64,000 nucleotides of DNA from Candidatus Heimdallarchaeota archaeon (GTDB taxonomy: Archaea > Asgardarchaeota > Heimdallarchaeia > JABLTI01): contig JABCTZ010000006.1 in NCBI GenBank assembly GCA_018238155.1, positions 32,001 to 96,000 on the forward strand, in the 5' to 3' direction. The position numbers were made by a program, and so were the translations under genes. The notes under the pieces were generated by a model. That model was given only the letters and a program-made list of their open reading frames with translations. It searched no databases and had not been told where the DNA came from. Below, piece by piece: positions 1 through 10,100 of the stretch. The stretch's first letter is position 1; each line of letters opens with the position of its first letter.

Positions 1-491
1 AGCTGTTTTGAGAGTAATCTAATTTCTTCTTTCGTTAACCGTGCATCGATTAAGGGACTTTTAACAGAATATTCTTGAACTGCTTGATAACCTGGTCGAT
101 AATCATCTAAATCATCAAAATTAGAACCTTCAATTAGTTGTCCGGAAATGCGTTGTGTTCTACAATATTGTTGAATCTCTTCAATAGCACCTTTCTTACA
201 AATATAACATCTATTAGGAGGATTATTTTCAAACCATGAGTAATCCATTTTTGAAGAGTCAATAATTAGATGCTTTATGCCAATTTTTTTAGCAAGTATT
301 TTAGCTTCTTCGAGTTCATGACTTGGAAATTGTGGAGTATCTAATGTTAGAGCAATCGCTTCATCACCTAACATATTAAAAGCAACTTGAGCTAAAAAAG
401 TGCTGTCGACCCCTCCAGAGAAGGCAATTACTACCGCTTTCAATTCTGAAAGGATCTGTTCTAATTCATCTAATTTATTTGATGTATTCAT
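1..491 (-). CDS. larE: LarE-family ATP-dependent sacrificial sulfur transferase (PP-loop), runs off window start
   Basis: Own translation from ATG at 491: MNTSNKLDEL...VIAFSGGVDSTFLA (PP-loop)...NPPNRCYICKK...EGSNFDDLDDYRPG...KSPL, all LarE/TIGR00268-type motifs. Confidence 0.85.
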   Translation of the reverse strand, partial: MNTSNKLDELEQILSELKAVVIAFSGGVDSTFLAQVAFNMLGDEAIALTLDTPQFPSHELEEAKILAKKIGIKHLIIDSSKMDYSWFENNPPNRCYICKKGAIEEIQQYCRTQRISGQLIEGSNFDDLDDYRPGYQAVQEYSVKSPLIDARLTKEEIRLLSKQ

Positions 492-514
492 GATGTATCA
501 AACAACAGGGAACT

Positions 515-1816
515 TTATGCTGTGGAATTGGAGAAAATAAAGTAAATTGTCATTACATCATTCCATGTCTTACCAAATTTATTACCCAAGTGAGCAGTGG
601 CACTGATAGAGTAATTACCTCCTTCAATTAGTAATCCATTTTCTATCCAAGAACCGATACCAACAGTTTTTTGACCCTCAAAATTATAAACAAGCGTCCA
701 TCCACCTTCACCTAGAACTTCACCACTTGTCTGGTTAGTAACTGTTAAAGTGAAAGATTGGAACTTTTGATGCCAATGACCTGGATTATTTACAGTAACA
801 GTCGTAAATACAAACCAATGTTTCCCTCCAGTAACATCATAGGAATCTGTTTTTTCGAATTTAAGATCAACAATTCCAAAATGTGAACCCCAAGTAGCAT
901 CTAAAGTATCAACTATTGGAATTAAAATAACAAGTCCAAGAACAATACTTGGTAAAATAAAATGTTTCTTTTTCATTGCCTTTTTATAGAAATCTTTCAA
1001 AATACCTAAGAATGTTTTATCGCCATTTAATTCAACAGCTTCCTTTTTGGAAGTTTTTTCTTTAGTACTGGTTTTCTTTCCAAAAACTTTCTTATCGTCA
1101 AAAACATCCGATTCCTCGTCCTCTTCGTCTTTTGAGGTCATGCTAAGAACAATGGATAATAGAAAGACAATACCAACAACAACAAAAAGTGCCGTTCGAC
1201 CACCTGAACTTTGGAAATAGCTATAGATTCCACCAAGGTAGGGGATTCTGCCAACAATTTTACCTACTAATCGATCTTCATGGATATTTAATTCATCAAT
1301 TCTAATAAACTCAATAAATGCTTGATTGGTTTCCCAATTATCACCTTTTGTAGTGAACCAATAATCACCTGTGGCATCCTGATAAACACGCGTCACTCTG
1401 TGTACAATCGGGACATCAACATCCTCTGTGTGATTAACATAATTAAAAACAATTGCATCTCCAACCTTAATTGTAGATGGATCGACACCTCGGACAATAA
1501 GCATATCTTTTCTAATATCATTTTCTCCGCCAAAACTATCTCTATTTGAACCCCAATAAGATGGCTCCATAGATTCACTTGTAACTACAACGAGTGGAGA
1601 ACTTGTATTGAGAAAAGCTCCTAGGATTTGATTGAAACTAAGCACTAAGACTACTGCAATAATGATGAAGAATCCAATTTCAATGATGTCTTTTCTCCAA
1701 GTAGTTTTACTTTGCTTTTTAGACTTCTTTTCTGTTTTTTGTGACAAATTTGTTGGCGTCCTTTTCCTATGAATATAGGAGAATAATTGATACATGAATA
1801 AAATACTTTTCCACAA
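515..1816 (-). CDS. sec11: Signal peptidase I (Sec11/S26B type) with extra TM and C-terminal beta-rich domain
   Basis: TM followed by VVTSESMEP (catalytic Ser), PIVHRV (His), TKGDN; true start probably downstream of 1816. Confidence 0.85.
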   Translation of the reverse strand: MWKSILFMYQLFSYIHRKRTPTNLSQKTEKKSKKQSKTTWRKDIIEIGFFIIIAVVLVLSFNQILGAFLNTSSPLVVVTSESMEPSYWGSNRDSFGGENDIRKDMLIVRGVDPSTIKVGDAIVFNYVNHTEDVDVPIVHRVTRVYQDATGDYWFTTKGDNWETNQAFIEFIRIDELNIHEDRLVGKIVGRIPYLGGIYSYFQSSGGRTALFVVVGIVFLLSIVLSMTSKDEEDEESDVFDDKKVFGKKTSTKEKTSKKEAVELNGDKTFLGILKDFYKKAMKKKHFILPSIVLGLVILIPIVDTLDATWGSHFGIVDLKFEKTDSYDVTGGKHWFVFTTVTVNNPGHWHQKFQSFTLTVTNQTSGEVLGEGGWTLVYNFEGQKTVGIGSWIENGLLIEGGNYSISATAHLGNKFGKTWNDVMTIYFIFSNSTA

Positions 1817-1874
1817 TATTCCAAATATCGAGAGATAATAAGGATTATTAAGAGCTAACTAAATCTGTTTTCAT

Positions 1875-2429
1875 ATGAAACTTGAAAAGGCAATTGATGA
1901 GAAGTATAGTTTTATTCTTGTTGGATGTAATACTGTTAAAGAACGAGATGGTATGAGTGAATTATGGCATGTTCTAATTAAATATTGTAATATTTCTCCA
2001 ATAGAAGCATTTGAACTGCCAATAAGAGGTCTCTATTTAATTGCTATTACAGAAAACCCACAAGAAATTGTTGCAGTAATTGGTTCAATTGTCAAAGAAA
2101 AAAAATTTGTTTTCCAGATGAGTAGAAAACTCATTCCGATAGATCAAATAATTGAAAGCTCTTTGGATTTACTTGCAGAAAGAATTACTCCTTATCTTAA
2201 ACGAATTCACAAAAAAGATCAATGGAGAATCACAGTAAATAGAAGACATACTAATTTGAAAAAGGCTGAAATCATTGAAAAAATTGCTTTATTACCTCAA
2301 GCACCAAAAGGTAGAGTAAACTTATCAAATCCGGATTGGGAAATTATCATTGAGATTTTTGGCAGATGGATTGGATTTAGCGTATGCCCTACAAATAGTA
2401 TTTTAAAAATAGCTGAAAATGAAATTTGA
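1875..2429 (+). CDS. THUMP domain RNA-binding protein (Tan1-like)
   Basis: RKLIPIDQ, WRITVNRRHT, RVNLSNPDWEIIIEIFG match the stand-alone archaeal THUMP pattern. Confidence 0.8.
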   Translation: MKLEKAIDEKYSFILVGCNTVKERDGMSELWHVLIKYCNISPIEAFELPIRGLYLIAITENPQEIVAVIGSIVKEKKFVFQMSRKLIPIDQIIESSLDLLAERITPYLKRIHKKDQWRITVNRRHTNLKKAEIIEKIALLPQAPKGRVNLSNPDWEIIIEIFGRWIGFSVCPTNSILKIAENEI

Positions 2430-2448
2430 AATCAAAGTAATTATCATT

Positions 2449-3066
2449 TCATTTCCATATATTAAGCAAAGCTGATTTCTCAATTGCTATTTTTTCTATT
2501 ATTTCATCTCGAGAGCTTTCTGATTTCTGGAGAAATAGATTTATTTCTTTCTCAGTTATTTCAAGATTTGCCAGAATTTTCTTTTCATTTCGCACTGAAA
2601 ACCCCTCAATATTTAACTGGAAATTAGAAACTACAATATTCCTCACTTTCAAGAACTCTTCAAAATCAAAAAATCCCTTCTTTGAAGGAGAATGATTCAC
2701 CTCAACATGATTTGATTTGATATGTAAGGTTATTACTTCTTTGGATTCAATATTTAATCCAACTTTCTCGATTGCTTTGCTAATCTGTCTATAACCTGAT
2801 AAATAAAGTAGAATTTCAGTATTCAATGTTTTAGCTAGATTATTCTTCTGTTTAAAAGCTTGTAACGAATAGTGTATGCATGCTTTTAGATGTTGAAATC
2901 CTGCTACACTTCCCGAATCAATGATTAAAAGATAATTGTGATCGCCAAGCATTTTTTTTTCTTCAAGGATCAGTTTCTTTACGATTTCAACAATCTGATC
3001 ATTGGAGATTTTTTTGGTAAAGGTTGCAAGAGAGATTTCTATATGATGGGAACCTAACAGTATCAT
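2449..3066 (-). CDS. cgi121: KEOPS complex subunit Cgi121
   Basis: NLAKTLNTEILLYLSGYRQISKAIEKVGL and C-terminal IEKSALL are Cgi121 signatures. Confidence 0.85.
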   Translation of the reverse strand: MILLGSHHIEISLATFTKKISNDQIVEIVKKLILEEKKMLGDHNYLLIIDSGSVAGFQHLKACIHYSLQAFKQKNNLAKTLNTEILLYLSGYRQISKAIEKVGLNIESKEVITLHIKSNHVEVNHSPSKKGFFDFEEFLKVRNIVVSNFQLNIEGFSVRNEKKILANLEITEKEINLFLQKSESSRDEIIEKIAIEKSALLNIWK

Positions 3067-3171
3067 AAACGTACACCATAATTTTCTTTACATGTGGTAT
3101 CAATATAAAAACTTTTAATATTCCTCTAAAGTTTGAATAAAACTAGAAGCATATAGAGATTAAATCAAAAA

Positions 3172-3759
3172 GTGAGCAAGATGTCAGACAATATTATAGT
3201 ATTTACACCTCAAAATATCTGGGATAAAATATTTGATTTAGCTCAAAATATCAAACAAGCAGAATTCTGTCCAGATATTATTATTGGGATCCTTAGAGGC
3301 GGGTTAGAGGTTACACGTACATTAAGTGATTTACTTGAAATAAAGCAAGTATCCACTATTGGTGTGGGTTTTTACAAGGGGATAAATGAAACTCTCAAGA
3401 AACCACAACTCACTCAGGAATTAATCTATGATGTGAAAAATAAGCATGTTCTATTAGTAGATGATGTGGCTGATACAGGGAAAAGCATGGCTTTTGCATT
3501 GAAATACATGGAAACAAAAAAAGCTAGCACCATTAGAACTGCAACGATTCACCACAAACCACATTCAATATTTAAACCCAACTTTTTTGTTGAAGAGACA
3601 TCAAATTGGATTGTCTATCCATGGGAGTACGTTGAGTTTTCAAAACTTTTTATTAATAAACAAAGAACCAATAAAAAAACATATTATCAAATCGCAATCG
3701 AGCTTAAAAAATTGGGCATTCCAAAAAAAGTAGTAGATAATATTTTGCCTGAAAAATAA
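3172..3759 (+). CDS. Type I purine phosphoribosyltransferase
   Basis: GILRGG, PRPP motif VLLVDDVADTGKS, WIVYPWE. Confidence 0.9.
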   Translation: MSKMSDNIIVFTPQNIWDKIFDLAQNIKQAEFCPDIIIGILRGGLEVTRTLSDLLEIKQVSTIGVGFYKGINETLKKPQLTQELIYDVKNKHVLLVDDVADTGKSMAFALKYMETKKASTIRTATIHHKPHSIFKPNFFVEETSNWIVYPWEYVEFSKLFINKQRTNKKTYYQIAIELKKLGIPKKVVDNILPEK

Positions 3760-3806
3760 TAAAAAAAAGTTAATTATTTACCCTCTGTTTTTCAGAGAGC
3801 AAATGG

Positions 3807-4604
3807 TCATGCTGTTTTTTCTTCTATTGGCAACTCTTTGTAGAATTTGCGTAAGAAATTTGGCATAACATAACCTAGATATGCAAATGAACACATTAGA
3901 ATCGCTGCAACGTAAGCAATATAATAGAATGGTGTAAATCCTTCTATTGAAAAGATAGGTATTAATCCTTCGCTAGCTGTCAAGAAGTCAAGAGCAAAAG
4001 AACTGTAAGTTATCACTCCAAAAACAGCTGAAAGGATAATAAATTTGAATCCTACTTTTTCCCATCTCAGATTTGCTTCTTGAAGTGGACGAATAGTGAG
4101 GAACATCAAAGTGAAGAACGATATGAAAGTTAATGCTAAATGATAAAGTGTTGGTGAAAGAGCATAAACTGGATTAGGCCAGGTATTAAATGTAGCTCCT
4201 ATTAATAAACCAATTGTGATACCATTTAATGCTCCAAAAATTATTGGAATAAGCATTTTCGTTCTTCGGAAAATGGGCGATTGTGAGAAAACAATAGCAA
4301 CAAATATCATAATGAATACATTACTAATAGCTGAAAATCCATAACCAATATTGATTCCAAGAGCACTAAAGCCAATAGTAGTATAATTTGTATTTGTAAT
4401 TATCTCATTATCAATTAGATATTGAATTAATTTACCAAGAAATAAACTAAGAGCTCCAATAACCCAGGCATTAAAAGCAATTGCTAATGTAAGTGCTGCA
4501 ATTCTCTTACGATCGAAATATCTATAGTATAAAGCTGCTACTACAAATGAAACAGCTAGAAAAGCAATTCCTTCTGTGATAACTGCTTCGAGTGGGATAT
4601 CCAT
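3807..4604 (-). CDS. 7-TM membrane protein, paralog of adjacent gene
   Basis: Seven hydrophobic segments; shares YFDR, GINxGY, FRRTK, YHLxLTF, LRWE, FAYLGYxMP with 4606..5409. Confidence 0.7.
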   Translation of the reverse strand: MDIPLEAVITEGIAFLAVSFVVAALYYRYFDRKRIAALTLAIAFNAWVIGALSLFLGKLIQYLIDNEIITNTNYTTIGFSALGINIGYGFSAISNVFIMIFVAIVFSQSPIFRRTKMLIPIIFGALNGITIGLLIGATFNTWPNPVYALSPTLYHLALTFISFFTLMFLTIRPLQEANLRWEKVGFKFIILSAVFGVITYSSFALDFLTASEGLIPIFSIEGFTPFYYIAYVAAILMCSFAYLGYVMPNFLRKFYKELPIEEKTA

Positions 4605-4605
4605 T

Positions 4606-5409
4606 TTAATTAACCTCCGGCTCTTTTAGTAAATTACGTATTCTCGTTGGCATAGCATATCCAAGATAAGCAAATGTGGACATTAGGATAGCAAATACCC
4701 AACCAAAATAATTAAAGACAGTATACCCTCTGCCAAATATCTCCTTGAAGAATAAAGGAAATATGAGGTCTAAAACGAACATAACATAAATCATTATACC
4801 TGAAAAACCATAAAGGATAATGAAGGTAAAACCTGCTCGTTCCCATCTCAAAGTAGCCTCTTTTCTTTCTTTAAAACTAAGAGCTAAGAGTAATGTGAAT
4901 GAAAAGAATGTTAAGAGCAAATGGTATATTGTTTGAGCAATTGGATATTGGGGATTATATAGTTCGGTTGGATCTACAGCGTCCAAGCTTAAAGAAAGAG
5001 TATTAATAATTAAACCAATCGTAATTCCATTAAGAATTGCATTCACTAGTGGTATTGTTTTCTTGGTTCGTCTAAACATTGGTGCTTGAGAAAAGATTTG
5101 TGATATGAACAAAACCATAAATATGTTACTTGCTGCAGAGAAAAGATAACCAAGGTTGATGCCATATCTTGCGTATTGTATTTCTCCTGCTAATTGTGGC
5201 ATATTAATGTAATGTAAAATAAAACCGAGAAATACTAAAATTCCACTTATCCCCCAGAAGAGGAAGGTTAATGCTAAAGTTAAAGCAGGTTCTTTTCTTC
5301 TATCAAAATATTTCATGAAAAGCATTATAACAACTGTAAATACAGCCAAAAGCACAAATCCTAATATAATTATTGATCCAAGTTTTGGATCTTGAGGTAA
5401 GTCTGCCAT
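4606..5409 (-). CDS. 7-TM membrane protein, paralog of adjacent gene
   Basis: Seven hydrophobic segments; tandem paralog, 1 bp from the next gene. Confidence 0.7.
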   Translation of the reverse strand: MADLPQDPKLGSIIILGFVLLAVFTVVIMLFMKYFDRRKEPALTLALTFLFWGISGILVFLGFILHYINMPQLAGEIQYARYGINLGYLFSAASNIFMVLFISQIFSQAPMFRRTKKTIPLVNAILNGITIGLIINTLSLSLDAVDPTELYNPQYPIAQTIYHLLLTFFSFTLLLALSFKERKEATLRWERAGFTFIILYGFSGIMIYVMFVLDLIFPLFFKEIFGRGYTVFNYFGWVFAILMSTFAYLGYAMPTRIRNLLKEPEVN

Positions 5410-5424
5410 GATGTTTCACTCCAA

Positions 5425-5880
5425 TTACCAGAGAGCATCCTTCATTTTGTCAATTGGTGACAATTCCTTCTGGTGCCACTCGATCATTTCTAGCATAGAT
5501 TTCTTAAATTCAGATATTTTGACAATATCAAAATTATTTGGATCATAAACCTTCTCAAATTTTGTTGCTATTTCCTTAGCAACGCCTTCCCATTGAGATA
5601 ATATTTTATCATCCATGGATGTTTTAAAAACAAAAGTTACTGAAACTCCTTTTTCAGCACAAATTTGAGCTATTAGTTGATCATTTAGACCCAACTTGAA
5701 AATGCCTTTCTCAAGTTTCGTTGCAATGTCTTTTATTTGGTCAAGAAAGCCCATAAAAGTATCAGAATTTGGATCTATATCACCAATCTGAGTTGTAATT
5801 AAGGCTTCTCCACTATCTTTTGAGAAAATAATCGCGTTCTCGATCATAGTAGTTTTTTTCTCCATAAAATGGATAAACAT
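5425..5880 (-). CDS. Small longin/roadblock-like protein
   Basis: IENAIIFSKDSGEALI...TFMGFLDQIKDIA...AKEIATKFEKVY resembles the beta-beta-alpha-beta3-alpha2 longin pattern; likely start MIENA. Confidence 0.5.
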   Translation of the reverse strand: MFIHFMEKKTTMIENAIIFSKDSGEALITTQIGDIDPNSDTFMGFLDQIKDIATKLEKGIFKLGLNDQLIAQICAEKGVSVTFVFKTSMDDKILSQWEGVAKEIATKFEKVYDPNNFDIVKISEFKKSMLEMIEWHQKELSPIDKMKDALW

Positions 5881-6015
5881 TTGTTTTTATATTTCCATTA
5901 GATACTAAAATATACTAGTCTCTAAGTAAATAAAGTTCACCCTATTAGCAAAACCGGGTGAAAATTCGTTAAATCAAAATTAGCTTTATTTAGGAGAGAA
6001 TTTATTGTTATTGAT

Positions 6016-7119
6016 GTGATTTGGTTCATGAGTAAAAGTAGCGAGTTTCAGTATTATTCTGCACCTGGAAGAGTGTGCTTCTATGGTGAACATCAAGATT
6101 ATCTAAAACTTAAGGTTGTTCCTGCTGCAATCAATCTTCGAACACTTATTGGGATTAAGGATAATGATCTAAAACGCATTCGAGTTAAATCACAAGATAC
6201 AGCTTCTTCAGATGATTTCTCCATTTCAAAGAAAATATCTTTGGTAAAAAATGAATTTGATTACCTTCGAGCGATAATAATTTCTTTACAAAAGGAAGAT
6301 TTAGTAGAAAATTTAACTGGATTAGATGTTACTATCAGCAGCAGTTTGCCAATTGGATCGGGCTTATCCTCTTCGGCAGCATTATTGGTTGCTTGGACCA
6401 CAGCACTCAATGATAGGTTCCAGTTAAATTTAAATAAAGAAGAAATCGCACTGTTGAGTTTCAAAGCAGAAAACAACATTCTTGGAGTGAATTGTGGTAT
6501 TATGGATCAATATTCCTCTTCACTAGGAGGTATTATTGGTCTTGATTGTGATGGTCCACCATATAAGATTACTAAGCATTCAACTGCTTTTTCAAGTTTA
6601 GTTCTTGGAGATAGTTGTGTAAGACGTTCAGCAAATGAACCATTAACTATTTTGAAAAATCAATTATATTCTGGGATTAAAAATTTGCAAAAAGTTGTAC
6701 CATTTAATTTGAAAGAAATTACTTTTGAGGAGCTGACGAGATTGAAATCAACTTTAACACCAAATGAGCAAAAAAGGTTGCATGGTGCAATAGTTATTCG
6801 AGACATAACCAAAGAGGCTCAACGAAATTTGTCTAAGAAAAGCAACCTGAATTTGCCTTTATTGGGAGAATTATTAACAAAACAGCATGATGCTCTGAGA
6901 GATTTATTAGAAGTATCAATTCCCATATTAGATAATATGGTTAATGCATCAATAAAAGCGGGAGCACTTGGAGCCAAGTTAACTGGAGCAGGATTTGGTG
7001 GTTGCATTGTAGCTCTTGCTCCTGGAAAAGAAAAAGAAGTTGCAGCAGCAATAGAACATTCCGGTGGAAAAGCAATAATTTGTCAAGTGGATTCCGAAGG
7101 TGGAAGAAAAGAGAAATAG
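6016..7119 (+). CDS. galK: Galactokinase-like GHMP kinase
   Basis: APGRVCFYGEHQDY, PIGSGLSSSAA, CGIMDQ, GAKLTGAGFGG. Confidence 0.8.
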   Translation: MIWFMSKSSEFQYYSAPGRVCFYGEHQDYLKLKVVPAAINLRTLIGIKDNDLKRIRVKSQDTASSDDFSISKKISLVKNEFDYLRAIIISLQKEDLVENLTGLDVTISSSLPIGSGLSSSAALLVAWTTALNDRFQLNLNKEEIALLSFKAENNILGVNCGIMDQYSSSLGGIIGLDCDGPPYKITKHSTAFSSLVLGDSCVRRSANEPLTILKNQLYSGIKNLQKVVPFNLKEITFEELTRLKSTLTPNEQKRLHGAIVIRDITKEAQRNLSKKSNLNLPLLGELLTKQHDALRDLLEVSIPILDNMVNASIKAGALGAKLTGAGFGGCIVALAPGKEKEVAAAIEHSGGKAIICQVDSEGGRKEK

Positions 7120-7147
7120 TAAAAGTAACCTATTTCTCCAATGAAGA

Positions 7148-10100
7148 TTATTTCCTTCCAACTATTCTTGGATTGATTTTTCCTTCTAGAATTAAGTATT
7201 CAATTTCTCTCTGAATTGTTTCAGGTGGGAAGTTCATTTGGGTTGAAATTTTGTTAATGTCAATATTTCCAATGTCTTGATAACCTAATGCAAGCTTCGC
7301 GACTTCACTTCTGAGTTGAAGATATGAATAGAGTACTGTTGTGTCTTTATTAAATACTGCCATAAACTTTTGTGGAATGTATTCGATACGAATTACGCTA
7401 AGAATTTCATCTAACCGTAATTTTGTTTTATTAGCTAAATCTGCTACAATAGCTTTACCATTATCTAATAATTCTTTATCACACCAGTGCAATACTTCAG
7501 AAAGTATATCACTTGAAACAAAAAGACCAATTTTGAAGTACTTGCCTGTGATTTCTTTATGAGCATAAAGATCTTGAATTAGAACGTTGATTAAACGAGA
7601 TATTGGTTGATTTTCTAAATATTCATAAATACTAATTCTTCCTCGCTCATAAATATCTGCTCGAACTTGTTCCTTATAGATATCAATGAATTCTTGGATA
7701 TTCCTTTGGAATTTGATATTTACTAAGCTTGCTTGTTGTAGTGTGAGGGAAAGATTTCCTTCTTGAAGGGCAACCAAAGATTTCTTGAGTGCAATAAATG
7801 TCCTATTTTTCAAAACACGTTGGTCATTAATTTCTTCAATAATTGTTTGAATTGCTTTGAAATCCCAAATACGTAATTTCTTAAGTGAGGATCTGATTAG
7901 AAGATCTAAGAATAAGTTAATGATTTTTGAATCAGTAGTCGCTTTAAGATATTTGAACATTAAGTCATCATAAATTTTGGTTTCTTCTATAAAACTACCA
8001 GTGCGTTCGTAAATATCTGTTGCAGCAAAAACATATGGAATTGAATGGAAGATAAGATCCTTCTTACCTGATTTAAGCATCTTTTTAGCTTGATCCAATG
8101 CTTGAAAGGCAAGGTCTTCTGCTTGTTCAATCATATTTCTATTGGCATAAACCATTCCGGGAACAAGATAACAGATATACCCATCTTCAATGGGTACAGT
8201 GTTGAAGAGATTCTGGATAGTTGTTGCTATGATTTTTATGCTCTTCTCATCTTGAGAGAGTTCATAATTTTCAAGAGAAGTTGAATAATAATATAATCCT
8301 TCTTTGAATTTGTCTTCTTTAATTTTCTGATCGCCAATACTTGCACTTATCATTGCTACATCAGCAATTAAACGATTATCACCAAAGATTTCATATATTC
8401 TTCCAGCAGCTTTCAGGAAATTGATAGCGTCACTTAATTTATTTTTATCTGCTGCAAGTTGACCTAGAGCTATACAATGTTTTCCAAGGTCAATAATTCT
8501 GTCTCGTTGTCCAAAATTATTCATTGCCGTTGCCAAAGTTTCCATTAGGACATCAAGACCTTTGAAACGTTTTTTCGTTAAACTTTCAAGTATAACTAAT
8601 AATTCATCAATGATTGCAATTCCAATTTGAGTTTGTTTGGATAGAGATGCTAATCGCAATGCTTGGTCTTCAATTCTTATTGCTTTATCGAAAGTAGTTG
8701 ATTTTTGATGTAATAATTCAGCAGTCTGATGCCAAGCTATAATCATATTTGCATAATCCAAATTGCCAAGAATGGATAGAGGGTAATTTGAGTTGATAAT
8801 TGAGCTGAGTAATTTGATGATATTTTCTCTTGCAAAAATTACTAAGTCAACATTCTTTTCTTCAGATATATCTTGGTTTAATTGTATTAATGGAAATGCT
8901 ACTACAGGATAGAACTCTTTTTCTGATAAGTTGATAACTAGATTGATAGTTGTACTTAGTAATTTCATACCATCTTTTCTAGTTGAAGATTCTAGGCAAA
9001 GAATCCTTCCAGTTTGAGCTAATGTGCCAATAAACTTTCTACTTTCTTTGATATCATTGACTTCTAGATAGATACTTCTTGCTTGATTTACTGTTGCATC
9101 AATTAAGTCAAATTTCTTATTTTTAATTAAATAATTAACATGGTCTAAATAATTATTTGCAATATTAATCTTTAATTTAGAATTACTCGCTAAATCTGCT
9201 GCTGCATTTGCAGCATCTAAAATACCTCTGGCTATTCTTGGTCCACGTGAAATGAGTAATTTTTTACCATAATCAGTTAGTATTTTAGATAAATGTTCAA
9301 GACCTTTCTGATTTTTTGTTTGACTCAAGAATTTAGTTGTTGAATCAATAAATTGTTCAATAAGCTCTAATCGACTATCTTCATCTATTATGCTCTTTTC
9401 ATATTGTGCTCCTATTACTTGTGAAATGGTTTCAAGATAGTTAGCTCCTGCTCGAGAGGTTTTTTCGAGTTTAGTTTCATATTGTACGATAAGCTCACCA
9501 CCAGCATTCATAAATTGAATGCCTAAAATTGGGTCTCCTTCTTTAATTAATTTCAAACCAAAATCAATGCATCTGTTTCCTACTTTTGGCAGATAATTGT
9601 TTAAACCTGCTCTAGTAGAAAGTTCCATTGCTTTTGAGAAATAGAGAGCCGCGATATCGAAATTCCGTTCATTGAGCATTTTACCTCCTTGGTTGATAAA
9701 GATTTCAGAGATCACCATGATTCTTTCAGTTCGTTGAAGGAAGATATACAATCCACCGGCAAGCTCAACTAAAGGCATTCCAGTATTAATGTTATTATTA
9801 TCAATTTGTTTTCGACCTTCAGCAATGAGTTCATTAACAATATCTAATGATTCTTTGGTTAAGTTCCCTTGAGCTAAGAGATGAACACCATTTCTAAATG
9901 CTTCAACTGCAGCTGCCATTTCATTTCTTTGCATAAGAGTTCGTCCTAAATCAATACTGATTTGACCGATACCTGTAAGATCATTTATTGTACGGAGGAT
10001 GCCAATACCTGATGCAAGAATAACATGAGATGCTTCGAGTTTTCCATCTTCTCTAAGAATGATACCTTGATTTCTACATACAGTAGCTAAGTGCTTAATT

